A stretch of 56,240 bases of DNA from an uncultured Candidatus Saccharibacteria bacterium (GCA_964567825.1 CAZMNX010000004.1:1-56240), one strand, 5' to 3'. Shown: positions 29,928 to 41,263, counted from the stretch's first letter. The notes: generated from the sequence alone by a model not told the origin. Translations and numbers: made by a program.

Positions 29928-31622
29928 TTAATCAACATTAGATAGACCCTCTAATTCGTCAAAAGTAGTGATGCCATTAAATAGGTGGACCAAACCATTA
30001 TAGTACATTAGGGTCATACCATTCTCTTCGGCCTTGTTTTCTATTGACGAAGATGAAGCCTTGGCGCTAATCAAGGCTCGAACATCATCGTCAACTTCCA
30101 TCACCTCGAATACCGCTAATCGGCCCAAATATCCAGTGTGTTTACAAGCCTTACAACCAGTACCACGATAAAGTTTTATATCTTTTATATCTTTACCTGG
30201 GAAAAAGTCCTTCATCATTTTCTTAAATTTAGGATCATCTTCCATGGCCACAATTTCTGGTATGGCTGCGGCGTTTTTTGGATAATTAGTCTTACAATGC
30301 GGACAAATTTTCCTGACTAGTCTCTGGGCGACAACAACGTTAACAGAAGAAGCGACTAGGAATGGCTCAATTCCCATTTCAAGCAAACGCGGAAAAATAG
30401 TGGCGGCATCATTGGAGTGCAGAGTTGAGAAAAGCAAGTGACCAGTCATGGCCGCGTTAACCGCAATACTTGAGGTCTCATTATCACGAATTTCTCCCAC
30501 CATAATTATATCGGGGTCCTGACGCACAATAGAACGGAGACCGTTAGCAAAAGTAATATTTTTCTTTACATTCACCTGAATTTGCTGGACACGATCAATA
30601 CTGTATTCAACAGGATCTTCAACTGTCACAATGTTAATCGGTAAACTAGCTAGAATTTGAATCAAAGCATACAACGTCGTTGTTTTACCCGCACCAGTTG
30701 GACCAACCACCAAAATCATACCGTACGGCTGAGTAATTGCTCTCTTAACCTTTAATAAATCCTTGTCATTAAAACCTAGGTCCTCAAGAACCACTTTCTT
30801 AGTTCTCTCAGAGAGAACACGAAACACAACATTTTCACCATTTGTTACGGGTAAAATCGAAACACGGACATCAAATTCCATGCCGGGAGTTTTGTACTCG
30901 AAACGACCGTCCTGAGTGGCGTCTCTTTCATCGGTTCTCAAGTGAGACATAATTTTCACTCGAAAAACAATCTTCTCGTGCATCTCAATTGGATAACGAA
31001 CGACCTCATTCAGGATTCCGTCAATACGGAAACGTACTGAAACGGTACTGTCTGACAGGGGTTCAATGTGGACGTCAGACGCATTATTATCATAGGCATA
31101 CTCCAAAAACTGATTGACCAAAAGTACAACGCTATTTTCATTATTGTGAACTTTATAGTCTTCAATTAAATCAACAACATTTTTGAAAATGTTGTTCTTA
31201 TAAGCCTTAAAGACTTCAGACATGCCGAGCGGAGTCGTATAATAAACAGAAATACGGCCATCAGTTATTTGATCGACGTGCTTGATAAATTCAAAATTTT
31301 TGGGATCAGAAGTAGCTAAATTATAGCCCTCTAAAGTCTTTGCAAAAATAACGGCATTCTGAGCCCGAGCCACAACTTCTGGTAGCATTTCCAACAAATC
31401 ATTCTGGATATTTTCTTCTTTAAGATCAATAAACGGAACACCGTAGTATTTAGCCAAAGCCTCGCCCAACTTTTCATCTTTAATTACATCAGCTTTGACT
31501 AAAGCGATCTCAATACTCTCCCCCTTTTTTATTGCCGCCGAAGAAACACGGTCAAATGCCTCGGCACTCAAGTAATCACCAGAAACTAGTATTTCCTTTA
31601 ATTTTTCTATGGTCAAAGACAT
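29928..31622 (-). CDS. pilB: GspE/PilB assembly ATPase
   Basis: ASDVHIEP, GPTGAGKTTT, EDPVE, RQDPD, TGHL, CxxC pairs. Confidence 0.93.
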   Translation of the reverse strand: MSLTIEKLKEILVSGDYLSAEAFDRVSSAAIKKGESIEIALVKADVIKDEKLGEALAKYYGVPFIDLKEENIQNDLLEMLPEVVARAQNAVIFAKTLEGYNLATSDPKNFEFIKHVDQITDGRISVYYTTPLGMSEVFKAYKNNIFKNVVDLIEDYKVHNNENSVVLLVNQFLEYAYDNNASDVHIEPLSDSTVSVRFRIDGILNEVVRYPIEMHEKIVFRVKIMSHLRTDERDATQDGRFEYKTPGMEFDVRVSILPVTNGENVVFRVLSERTKKVVLEDLGFNDKDLLKVKRAITQPYGMILVVGPTGAGKTTTLYALIQILASLPINIVTVEDPVEYSIDRVQQIQVNVKKNITFANGLRSIVRQDPDIIMVGEIRDNETSSIAVNAAMTGHLLFSTLHSNDAATIFPRLLEMGIEPFLVASSVNVVVAQRLVRKICPHCKTNYPKNAAAIPEIVAMEDDPKFKKMMKDFFPGKDIKDIKLYRGTGCKACKHTGYLGRLAVFEVMEVDDDVRALISAKASSSSIENKAEENGMTLMYYNGLVHLFNGITTFDELEGLSNVD

Positions 31623-31680
31623 TTATTGCTTAATTAACGCGGAGAGAAACAAACCTTGAAAAGTAAGTTTTGAGATAAAA

Positions 31681-32154
31681 CTATCTGGTGACCTCAATAT
31701 CAGCTATGCCATTCTCAGTGCTTGGAGCACAAACCGTAATACGTCCGTTTGTATTTTTGTTTATGTAGTACTCTGAACCATCAGGATCTAATGGTGTATC
31801 AGTAATATAGTCTGGAACTAAAAAAGCAGCTAAGTCAGAACCAGGGGTGTCAGTACCGTCACCAACACAAAGGTCGTCAGGTGAACCAGAGAAACCCTTA
31901 GCGTCATCAAAATCAGCAATTGCGTGTGGAACAGCAATAGTTGAATCAATAGTATATTGATAGATAGCATTTAAAATAGTCAAAACGTCAGATCGTCTCT
32001 GGGCGTTTCGTGTATCCCCCAACTGCTTGGTAGGATTAATAGCCAAAATAACAATTCCGGCTAAAATTGAAATGATACCAACAACCAACAAGATTTCCAA
32101 AAGGGTAAAACCACTTTTGACATTTGGGGACTTTGTACTTTTTGATAAGGACAT
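31681..32154 (-). CDS. Type IV pilin (probable major pilin)
   Basis: GFTLLEILLVVGII..AINP. Confidence 0.9.
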   Translation of the reverse strand: MSLSKSTKSPNVKSGFTLLEILLVVGIISILAGIVILAINPTKQLGDTRNAQRRSDVLTILNAIYQYTIDSTIAVPHAIADFDDAKGFSGSPDDLCVGDGTDTPGSDLAAFLVPDYITDTPLDPDGSEYYINKNTNGRITVCAPSTENGIADIEVTR

Positions 32155-32275
32155 ATTAAATTATTAAATTATTAAAAGCTTTTATGCTCGATTAATTATA
32201 TCAGGTTAACCTAAATAAGCAAAGCTACTACTTATCCACAATCAATAAATGACCGTTATCTGTTAATATATACTA

Positions 32276-33004
32276 ATGGAAAAAAGAGCTGACGTACTCG
32301 TGTTTGAAAAAGGCCTAGCTAAAAGTCGAAACTCGGCTACCGCCCTTATTAAAGCTGGAAGAATTATGGCGAATAAAGAAATAGTCTTAAAAAATGCTGA
32401 GTTAGTCGACGAAACGGCTGTTATCGAGATTCTCGGTGATGATGTTCCATACGTTGGTCGAGGGGGCTTAAAACTTGAAAAAGCCCTGGCTGAATTCAAA
32501 ATCGATCCTGCCAACATAATTGCCATTGATGTCGGCTCGTCCACGGGTGGTTTTACTGAATGCCTACTTAGACAAGGAGCCAAAAAGGTCTATGCGATTG
32601 ATGTGGGGACAGACCAGCTTGATTTGATGCTAAAAAAAGATAGTCGAGTGATTTCAATGGAAAAGACTGACATTCGTAATATTAAAACCCTACCAGACAA
32701 AATTGACCTTGCGGTTATCGATGTTTCTTTTATCTCGTTGGAACAAATATTAGACGGGGTTAAAAAATTACTAAAGAAAAAGGCTAAAATTATTGCCTTA
32801 GTTAAGCCCCAATTCGAAACATCGCCGAAGGCCAAAAATAAATCTGGCGTAGTAACAGATCCAGAGATTCGAAAACTTGCACTAGAGAAAATTAAAAAAG
32901 TGGCCCTAGATATTGGTTTAGAAACGGTATTAGAAATCGATTCCCCTATCTCTGGTGGTAATGGGAATAAAGAGTACCTCCTACTTTTACAAAGTAATAC
33001 TTAG
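32276..33004 (+). CDS. tlyA: TlyA family rRNA 2'-O-methyltransferase
   Basis: S4 domain, YVGRGGLKL, DVGSSTGGFT, DVSFISL, LVKPQFE, GNKEY. Confidence 0.95.
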   Translation: MEKRADVLVFEKGLAKSRNSATALIKAGRIMANKEIVLKNAELVDETAVIEILGDDVPYVGRGGLKLEKALAEFKIDPANIIAIDVGSSTGGFTECLLRQGAKKVYAIDVGTDQLDLMLKKDSRVISMEKTDIRNIKTLPDKIDLAVIDVSFISLEQILDGVKKLLKKKAKIIALVKPQFETSPKAKNKSGVVTDPEIRKLALEKIKKVALDIGLETVLEIDSPISGGNGNKEYLLLLQSNT

Positions 33005-33051
33005 GTGATATAATTTACCCAATATCTTATTAATAAATTGTGCTTTTAAAA

Positions 33052-35733
33052 ATGAAAAATCATTTCAAAAATTATCTATCTAGTCTTTTGTTGTTCCTAG
33101 CTTTGATAATGATTTCTAGCTCCTTTAATTATTTTCTGACCCGTTACCAAGTAAATCTTACGGCAACCGCCTTTAACCCCGTGGACCTATCGAGTGACAC
33201 TTATAAGGTTGCTTCAGGTTTTGCCTGGAATGATAGTGTTGGCTGGCTAAACTTTGGCACCTCAACCAATAGGGTGGCGGGTCGAGTCTATGTTTCAAAT
33301 ACTGATTTACGTGGCTATGCTTGGGGAGAAAATATTGGTTGGGTATCCCTTAATTGTCTAAATGATGGATCGTGTGGTAATTCGTCTTATGCGGTAGCAA
33401 ATAATGATGGAACCGGTGAACTATCCGGCTATGCTTGGGGAGAAAATATTGGTTGGATCGATTTTGCCCCAGCGGGCGGTGGAGTAACTATTGACCGAAC
33501 AAGCGGAGCTTTTTCTGGCTATGCTTGGGGAGAAAATATTGGTTGGATTTCTTTCTCTGGTACTAGTCCAGATTATGGAGTTACAACAGGATGGAATAAT
33601 CCGCCAGGAGGTATTTCCCCTCAGGCCTGTACGTACACCTACACCGACTGGTCAGCTTGTATAAACGGCAATAGATCAAGGACGGTTCTCTCTCAAAATT
33701 ACACAAGCTGCTCAAACCAAGGTGTCCTAAACGAAAGCTGTACTGCTACCACAACACCGATTGTGGTTAGTATTTCCCCTACTACTTTGACAGCTTTCAT
33801 TAACAGCACATCAACCTTTAGTGCCACAGTCACTGGCACAACCACAACTAGTAAAACCTGGAGTATTCTTGAGGGTCAAGCCGGTGGAACAATCAGCACT
33901 AGCGGTTTATACACCGCCACAGGAACTCCCGGAACCTACCACATAGTTGCCAAATCTACGGCCAGCACAACAGCCAGTGCCAGCGCAACTGTGACTGTTG
34001 TAAGTACTCCAATAGTGAATGTCAGCCCCGCCTCATCGACAATATTTGTCGGCGAACAAAAGCAACTTTCAGCTACCGTCACGGGTGTAGAAAATAAATC
34101 GGTTGACTGGATATTAACACCAATAGACGAGAGCAACTTCTATGGAACGCTCACCAATGATGGACTCTATACGGCGCCAAAACAAGCAGTAAACGTCACC
34201 ATAATTGCCCGCTCAATTGCTGATGCAAATCAATCTGATACGGCAAATATAATTGTCAAACTTAGACCGGCAACAACTACGCCGACAGTAGTAGACGCAA
34301 CTTCAACTGCCAGCCTCTCAAAATCAGATTTACAACCGGGCGAAGCCTTTACAATTAATATTGAAGGCTGGAAGGCAAATAATGAAGTGGAGGTTACTTT
34401 GCACTCAACTATCGTTGTCTTGGGTAAAATTACGACAGATTCAAACGGTAATGCCAGAGGCTCATTTAATATACCGGCCAACACTGAACCCGGTACTCAC
34501 GCTATTCAAGTCGAGGGTACTGATTCTGATAACCTCAATCGAATTGTAACCCTAAACATAAACATCCTACCGTTGGATAACAATGACGATAATGATGACG
34601 TAACTACTGGGACAGTAAACACCAATACTAACAACGGTTCTGAAAATGGCAGTTCTTCAAATAATTCCGCTGTTGAAAAAATAACCAAAGCTTTAGATGT
34701 AAGCACCTTCGTGGCTAACAATATTACAATACTGGGCACAACTACCGAAAAGGTTTTGCTCCAAGCCAAGAAAATAATTGAGAGCAAGCCGGGTGATGTC
34801 GCGGTTAAAACCTTTACCACCGCCGGTGTGGTTGGTGGCGGTATTGCCGCCTCATCGGTGTTTATCCTGAATCCAGCCGTAGCCGCCGATTTGCTCTTTA
34901 TGCCATTTAGACTTTGGGGTCTCTTGCTTAGTGCTCTTGGTTTAAAAAAGCGTCGCCGACCTTGGGGAACAGTATATGACAGCGTTACCAAACAGCCGAT
35001 CGATCCAGCCTACGTCACCCTGACCAATCTTGAGTCGAAAAAGGACGACACCTCAATCACTGACCTAGATGGCCGCTATGGCTTCCTTGTTCCAACTGGC
35101 AAATATACTCTAGCTGCCAACAAAACAAATTACACCTTCCCTTCCAAGAAACTTGCCGGCAAAAAGTCTGACGAACTATACGGTGATTTGTATTTTGGTG
35201 AAGAAATTAATGTTCAAAGTGGAGCCGTAATTAGCCGAAACATTCCGCTTGATCCAGTCAATTTCGATTGGAATGAATTCGTTAAAGGTAAGAAAAAATT
35301 AATGAAATTCTATTCAAGACGCGAAAAAATCACTAGAATTATCACTAACTGGATTTTCCGAATCGGCTTCGTGATTTCCCTTATTTCACTAATTCTTGTA
35401 GCAGCACCATATAACTTAATTATCTTTGGTCTTTATATCATCTTAAGTATTCTTAGAAAATTCGGCCTCCGCCAGAAAGCTTTTGGTTCTTTAACTGATA
35501 GTAATAATAACCCTCTGTCCTTTGCAATTATTCGAATAATTTCACCTGATCTTAATATTGAAATAACCAGCAAGGTCGCTGACAAAATTGGTCGTTACTA
35601 CTGCTTGGTCCCTAAAGGAAAATATTACGTCAAAATCGAGAAGAAAAATGATGATGAAAGTTATTCCCTAGTTCACACTTCTCCCGTCTTTGAGGCGGCC
35701 GATGGCATAATAAATAAAAGCTTTGTTAGCTAA
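33052..35733 (+). CDS. Large surface/membrane protein: GYAWGENIGW repeats, TSP1-like motif, Ig-like domains, carboxypeptidase-regulatory-like C-terminal domains
   Basis: Signal/TM; 4 GxAW repeats; CTY..WSAC..G.RSR; Thr-rich Ig-like repeats; WGTVYDSVTKQPID...TDLDGRYGF. Confidence 0.8.
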   Translation: MKNHFKNYLSSLLLFLALIMISSSFNYFLTRYQVNLTATAFNPVDLSSDTYKVASGFAWNDSVGWLNFGTSTNRVAGRVYVSNTDLRGYAWGENIGWVSLNCLNDGSCGNSSYAVANNDGTGELSGYAWGENIGWIDFAPAGGGVTIDRTSGAFSGYAWGENIGWISFSGTSPDYGVTTGWNNPPGGISPQACTYTYTDWSACINGNRSRTVLSQNYTSCSNQGVLNESCTATTTPIVVSISPTTLTAFINSTSTFSATVTGTTTTSKTWSILEGQAGGTISTSGLYTATGTPGTYHIVAKSTASTTASASATVTVVSTPIVNVSPASSTIFVGEQKQLSATVTGVENKSVDWILTPIDESNFYGTLTNDGLYTAPKQAVNVTIIARSIADANQSDTANIIVKLRPATTTPTVVDATSTASLSKSDLQPGEAFTINIEGWKANNEVEVTLHSTIVVLGKITTDSNGNARGSFNIPANTEPGTHAIQVEGTDSDNLNRIVTLNINILPLDNNDDNDDVTTGTVNTNTNNGSENGSSSNNSAVEKITKALDVSTFVANNITILGTTTEKVLLQAKKIIESKPGDVAVKTFTTAGVVGGGIAASSVFILNPAVAADLLFMPFRLWGLLLSALGLKKRRRPWGTVYDSVTKQPIDPAYVTLTNLESKKDDTSITDLDGRYGFLVPTGKYTLAANKTNYTFPSKKLAGKKSDELYGDLYFGEEINVQSGAVISRNIPLDPVNFDWNEFVKGKKKLMKFYSRREKITRIITNWIFRIGFVISLISLILVAAPYNLIIFGLYIILSILRKFGLRQKAFGSLTDSNNNPLSFAIIRIISPDLNIEITSKVADKIGRYYCLVPKGKYYVKIEKKNDDESYSLVHTSPVFEAADGIINKSFVS
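33313..33546 (+). repeat. Three identical 30-nt in-frame repeats (GGCTATGCTTGGGGAGAAAATATTGGTTGG)
   Basis: Copies at 33313, 33427, 33517. Confidence 0.9.
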
Positions 35734-35776
35734 AGTCTAACAAAAAAGTACTAAAAGAAAAAAGTAACCTGGTTGG

Positions 35777-36187
35777 TTACTTTTTTCTTGCTCGGAGGAT
35801 TCTTGAAGCCTCGGCAATGATACTATCTACCGTCATTGAAGCTTTAATTAGGAAACTAGTGGCCCCCAAATCCAGTCCTCTTCTAATATCATCTCGCTCA
35901 CCAAGGTTTGATAACAAAATTATCGGAATATTTTTGGTTTTATCGTTCTTTTTTAAACTAGCCAAGACATCAAAACCACTAACGCCGGGCAAGAGTAAGT
36001 CTAAAAAGACCAAATCCGGCAAATTGGATTCGATTCCAGCAAAAGCCGTCTCACCAGTTTCAATATGATGAACTTTACAACCACTCTCTATTAATTTTTT
36101 AGAAACCAAACCACCAAGGAACTTGTCGTCTTCAACGATCACAATCGTAGTTCCACCTGAAAATAGTTCGTTGGTTAAATTTGTCAT
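35777..36187 (-). CDS. Single-domain response regulator
   Basis: IVEDD, LDLLLPG, LSN, FLIK. Confidence 0.92.
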   Translation of the reverse strand: MTNLTNELFSGGTTIVIVEDDKFLGGLVSKKLIESGCKVHHIETGETAFAGIESNLPDLVFLDLLLPGVSGFDVLASLKKNDKTKNIPIILLSNLGERDDIRRGLDLGATSFLIKASMTVDSIIAEASRILRARKK

Positions 36188-36226
36188 GTGTCTATTTTAT
36201 AACATCCCCTATTTCAAAGCAAGAGA

Positions 36227-37681
36227 CTAGTAGGCTTTAGCAAAAATAACCCGCTTGTTAGAAGGTTTACCAGATTTAATACAAACACCAATCTCTTCTT
36301 TTTGATCAAAAGGAATACAGCGGATAGTCGCCCCGGTTTCTTTTTTAATTTGAGCCTCGACTTCGGCTTCACCAGACCAATGCGCCAAAACATAGTTTCC
36401 ACCGTCAATCGACTTAACAAAATCATCCCAAGTATCTACCGTTTTTGTCTTCGCTTTATTATACTCCAGTGCGCGGTTATAAAGATTTGTTTGAATTTCA
36501 ATCAATAAAGTCGCAATCGCCTTTTCGATCGTAGCCAATGTTGTCTTGATCTTTTCACCCGTATCCCGTCGCACCAAGACAGCGGAATCATTAGCAATAT
36601 CCTTGGGACCCAATTCTACCCGAACTGGCACACCTTTCTTTTCCCATTCAAAATATTTCTCACCGGGGCGCAAATCTCGACTATCAACTTGTGATCTAAT
36701 ACCGACTGATTTTAATTTATTATTTATTTCCTGAGCCTTACCGATTACTGCTTCTTTATCTTTTTCAGCTGGCACGATAGTGGTAATAATAGCCTGAATT
36801 GAGGCAATTTTCGGTGGCAAAACTAAACCCTTATCATCACTGTGGGCCATAATTAAACCACCAATGGTTCTAGTGCTTAAACCCCAGCTGGTTTGCCAAC
36901 CAAACTGCTCAGTATTATTTTGGTCAAGAAATTTAACACCAAAAACCTTAGAAAAATTCTGACCTAAATTATGTGAAGTGGCGTATTGCAATGCCTTGCC
37001 ATCCTGCATCATTGCTTCAACAGCATAAGTTCTTAGGGCGCCCGCAAATTTCTCTGATTCAGTTTTAGCTCCCAAAATTACTGGTAAGGCAATGTACTCG
37101 ACTGCAAAGTCACGATAAATGCTGAGCATCATTCTGGCGCGCTCATCGGCCTCCTTTTCAGTCTCGTGCACAGTATGGCCTTCTTGCCACAAAAACTCCG
37201 TGGTGCGCAAGAACAGACGTGTCCGAAGCTCCCAACGAACCACATTCGCCCACTGGTTTATCAAAAGTGGCAAATCACGATATGACCGAATCCACTTAGA
37301 AAAAACGTCATAAATGATTGTCTCTGAAGTTGGTCTGATCACCAATGGTTCATCGAGTTTTTTGCCGCCAGCATGAGTTACCACCGCCACCTCGGGAGCA
37401 AAACCCTCAACGTGCTTTTCTTCTTTTTTCAGTAACCGCTCTGGAATGAGTAGCGGGAAATAAGCATTTTGTACTCCAGTTTCTTTAAACTTTTCGTCTA
37501 AAATCTTTTGAGTTGCTTCCCATAAAGCATAGCCATATGGCTTGATCACCATGGTACCAGAAACTGGACCGTAGTCAGCTAAATCAGCCGCCGAAATAAC
37601 GTCCAAATACCACTGGGAATAATCCTCCGCTCGTGGCGTAATCTTTTTTTCTACCACCTTATTGCTTGGTTCAGTTGACAT
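36227..37681 (-). CDS. proS: Proline-tRNA ligase (archaeal/eukaryal type)
   Basis: EGFAPE, RPTSET, QWANVVRWE, EFLWQEGHT, C-terminal FAKAY. Confidence 0.97.
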   Translation of the reverse strand: MSTEPSNKVVEKKITPRAEDYSQWYLDVISAADLADYGPVSGTMVIKPYGYALWEATQKILDEKFKETGVQNAYFPLLIPERLLKKEEKHVEGFAPEVAVVTHAGGKKLDEPLVIRPTSETIIYDVFSKWIRSYRDLPLLINQWANVVRWELRTRLFLRTTEFLWQEGHTVHETEKEADERARMMLSIYRDFAVEYIALPVILGAKTESEKFAGALRTYAVEAMMQDGKALQYATSHNLGQNFSKVFGVKFLDQNNTEQFGWQTSWGLSTRTIGGLIMAHSDDKGLVLPPKIASIQAIITTIVPAEKDKEAVIGKAQEINNKLKSVGIRSQVDSRDLRPGEKYFEWEKKGVPVRVELGPKDIANDSAVLVRRDTGEKIKTTLATIEKAIATLLIEIQTNLYNRALEYNKAKTKTVDTWDDFVKSIDGGNYVLAHWSGEAEVEAQIKKETGATIRCIPFDQKEEIGVCIKSGKPSNKRVIFAKAY

Positions 37682-37716
37682 TGCTTTATATTAGTATAAA
37701 TAAACAAATACTTCAA

Positions 37717-38706
37717 TTAGCTAGTAAAATAACTCATGGCCTCTCTTAGTCCGTTAAAAACTTGGTCGAGTTTAGTTGATTTTCCCAAAATGCGATAATT
37801 TAAAATGGCTAGACTACGATATATTTTCCAAAAATTTAATCTCTTTCCAAAATCAACCAGTATCTCTTCCTGATTATCATATCCCTCCAATAAATATCTA
37901 GTTGGGTACTCCTGACCAAACTTAAGATCCCAAAGGGCAAAATCCAAAACTGGATCAGCTCCGTTTGCGCTCTCGAAATCAATTAAACCAGTAACCTCAC
38001 CATCGGCAACAAAAAAATGTTCCGGCTGAAGATCATTATGAATAAGTTGAGCCGAGGGAACAACTAGATCGGCTACCAACCCAAGTAAGAGCTCGTAAGC
38101 CTCCTGCACCAACTGCAAATCCTCCGGATAATCACTAAGTGCGGGTAAAATCACATCATCAAGTGCTGGCTTAAGTCCCGCAATCAATTCCTGAGGTGAA
38201 GAATATTGACCCCTTCCTTCCTTATCAATAATACCAAAGCCGTCAGTTTTAACAGAGTGAACTTTAGATAATATCGACCCAATCTGATGTAATAAATTAA
38301 TTAAGTCTTCCTGTTTTTCGGACGAAGTAATACCTGGCAAATTATTTAAGGCCGTGCCGGGAAGCTTAGTTTCAATACAAATAGGTAATAATTCCTCGCC
38401 AATCTGAATTCGATCAACCAATAAAACTTCTGGAGCGGGAACTCCAACTGCCCTACTTTGTTCGATCGCCCATCTCTCTTTCTCGAAACGAGATCTTTCG
38501 CCGTGAAAAATACGGATAATATACTCCGTTCCATTCTCGGTTCTGGCTCCGAAAACTTCATTAGTTTCGCCTTTACTATCAATTTTAGACACTTCAGAAA
38601 TTACTTCGTCGGTAACTTTTTTAAGTGCCTCTTCGATAATTGCAACCGGCGTGTTCCAGGACTCACGCTTAATTTGTCCAGGCGTTAGAACTTCATTTGG
38701 ATTCAT
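37717..38706 (-). CDS. Aminoglycoside phosphotransferase/kinase family protein
   Basis: GVPAPEVL, LIHNDLQPEH, GLIDFE. Confidence 0.88.
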   Translation of the reverse strand: MNPNEVLTPGQIKRESWNTPVAIIEEALKKVTDEVISEVSKIDSKGETNEVFGARTENGTEYIIRIFHGERSRFEKERWAIEQSRAVGVPAPEVLLVDRIQIGEELLPICIETKLPGTALNNLPGITSSEKQEDLINLLHQIGSILSKVHSVKTDGFGIIDKEGRGQYSSPQELIAGLKPALDDVILPALSDYPEDLQLVQEAYELLLGLVADLVVPSAQLIHNDLQPEHFFVADGEVTGLIDFESANGADPVLDFALWDLKFGQEYPTRYLLEGYDNQEEILVDFGKRLNFWKIYRSLAILNYRILGKSTKLDQVFNGLREAMSYFTS

Positions 38707-38735
38707 ATAAAGTATCTTACCACAAAAAATAGTGA

Positions 38736-40876
38736 CTATACCTTAACCTTAACAACAACCCTTTTAACAGTGATGTCTTTATCAATTCCGCCAGGCGCAT
38801 GTGGGGTGAGTGGTAAAATTATAACAATTTCTCCCGGTTCGATCTTTCGCCACTGATCAGATTTAGTTGTTAAATGTAATCCCTCGCGTTTGGGATCTGG
38901 AGTCGAACCATCTAATGAGGCCGTTCCTCTGGAATTCAGACCGATTAGATCACCCGCTTCTGAGACGACCGTTTGAATATCTATGTGATCAAAATGAATT
39001 TCTGATGTTGCGCCGTCCAGGCCCTTTCCCGGTTTTTCTAAGACTTCAGCATAAACATTCTCACCGTCAATTTCCTGCTCGCCCTTACTCAATCGAGCCA
39101 AATTACTGGTCATTAAGAAGTCAAAGGCGGCAGCAAATTTCTCACTTAAATCAGGTGGTAAACTATTTAAAATTTCGGGGCGAGCAATCGCCAACTCCTT
39201 TGGACTTAAATAAACAGCCCGACTGGCATCGAGAGGAAAAACATTTAATTTCTCTAAACCTTTTTGTCTAGTAAACTCCGCAACTCCACCCCTTATCCTT
39301 GAAGATATCTCCTTAGCAATACCACGATAAAATTCTTCTTTTTCGGGAAAGTTACTATCTTCAACAATTTCGATCATCTCCCGTGGTGAAACATCATAAT
39401 GACCGAGCCTGATCAGACGATACAAATCAACTAATTGATCAGCCGTGATGTTGGGAGCCTGAAGATATTCACTAACGATAGAAAAAGTTGATTTATTATA
39501 ATTTTCAATCAAATCGGCCTGTGACATGACTACTAACTGTTTAACTTTTGCCGGCCAAGATTCAACCGTCTCAGCTGGGACACGACCCTCTTTAATATAA
39601 TCTTGAATAACTCGGATTGATAGATATAGACGAGTTTTTGATTCTTCTAAGACAACTCGTGAATAAAAATCTCTGAGGTTCATTGCCTTAGCCCTAGCCA
39701 CAGCCTGAGGATTAACTTCGGCAATAATTTGATCGCGGTAATCGTTTCCTTTTTCCAAGAAGGACAAGCCGATCACATCATCAAAAATCTGTTGCATTAC
39801 CTCGGCATAAGTGTGAGTATAAATTGACGGTTCATTATCTGGTGCCGTCGCTCCCCAATTCAAAATTGTTCCATCGTAATGAATCAAGAAATCGGCCCCT
39901 CTCTCTTCTCCCTCTTTATTAAAGACAACAGACATGTTACCACCATGCTCAGTATTAATATCCTCATCATAAACGCCAGCATTCCTATCTACGACTGGTG
40001 TATCATGCATGTCAACCGTTGTATCCGAATAAAACAGTCTCTTCCAACGAACCTCGAAAGTGAACCCATCATCCAGGGTGATAATCTCTGTTTTTGCATC
40101 CTTGGTTTTGCGTTCAGCCACTGGCAACATGTCTAAAAGCTTTTCCATAGTTTTTCGATCCTCCCACATTGAATGGAAACCTAGCTTAAAATCAGGAGAA
40201 TCCTTATATTTTCGACGGTAGACAGCCAATAAATTCATCACGTACTCGAAGTCACCCTTAGGGGCAATCTTCTCTGCATGAAAACGATCGAAGCTAAGTC
40301 GAAGATCTAACTCTGCATCATTTGGATTTTCTTGATGAGCGGCATATAAATCATCAATCATGGCCTCTGCCGGTTTAGCGCCCCTAGCCCAAACACCGCT
40401 AGAAGAAAAAAAAGTTTCTCGGCGTCGACATGGGCGGCAATTTGTTTCATTAATTCACGCTCCAAGAACGGCTCGCCGCCGCCAGCAATTACGAATTCAC
40501 GAACATTTGCATCATTAATAAATCGAATTAATTTTTCTCGTCCCTCCGGGGTTATTGTATTATCGGCAGCATGTTCAGTACCCGCGCATTTTGGCGATTT
40601 AAAGAAACAGCAATCGCAACCGACTGGGCAAAATTTTGTTGGCCAAACACAAGCAAAACTTTTGCCATGAAAGGTCTCGATATTTTCAACTCGAACGTTT
40701 TCCAAGATACTCTGACGAAAAATATCGGGGTGACCAAAAGCATATTCGGCCAATTCGCCGTCCTCTAGTTCATTTTCAGGCAGCTCAAGCGTCTCAACTG
40801 GCTCAGATTCTGGGTTTAATCTGGGGTGACGTTTATTTTCAATTGGCCAAATATTCGGTGATTCTAATCTAGACAT
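38736..40876 (-). pseudogene. Radical SAM protein with C-terminal YhcH/YiaL-like domain, split by a frameshift at a T8 run (40406-40413)
   Basis: CPVGCDCC and GGGEPFL in 40358-40876; -1 frame continues SSSGVWA...LRLSFDRFH into 38736-40361; C-term EIHFDHIDIQ...PHAP. Confidence 0.8.
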
Positions 40877-40957
40877 TAATTTTATAATAAGTTTTTAAAA
40901 CTACTATAATAATAACAAATCATTAAAAACCGACAATATCCAGCAGTGGAAAAGTCA

Positions 40958-41263
40958 TCATTCCCCCATCACATCCTTTTCAATCCGATGGGCATCCTCA
41001 ATTATTAATTTCATTATCTTTTCTACCAAATCTGGGTTAATTGCCAATTGTTCAGCGATCGCCCTTCGGCTTTCGATCACCACTTTTTCTCTTTCCGGCT
41101 GAAATCGGGCTATACCCTTGGCTCTTTTGTACTCAGCCACCTGAGGAATCAATTCCATTCTTTTGGCCAAGACGGTAAGTAATTCTCTATCAAGAGAGTC
41201 TATTTGCTCTCTTAAAACATCAATATTCGGTAATTTTCCTTCGGTACTTTCTGGTGTCTGCAT
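40958..41263 (-). CDS. Chorismate mutase (AroQ type)
   Basis: LREQIDSLDRELL..LAKR...K...RE. Confidence 0.9.
   Translation of the reverse strand: MQTPESTEGKLPNIDVLREQIDSLDRELLTVLAKRMELIPQVAEYKRAKGIARFQPEREKVVIESRRAIAEQLAINPDLVEKIMKLIIEDAHRIEKDVMGE

Noticed and set aside
32232-32240. DnaA box TTATCCACA as oriC
   Set aside because: Single box, no cluster or dnaA context
33313-33546. 30-nt direct repeats as a CRISPR array
   Set aside because: In-frame coding repeats, spacers of 84 and 60 nt, no cas genes or leader
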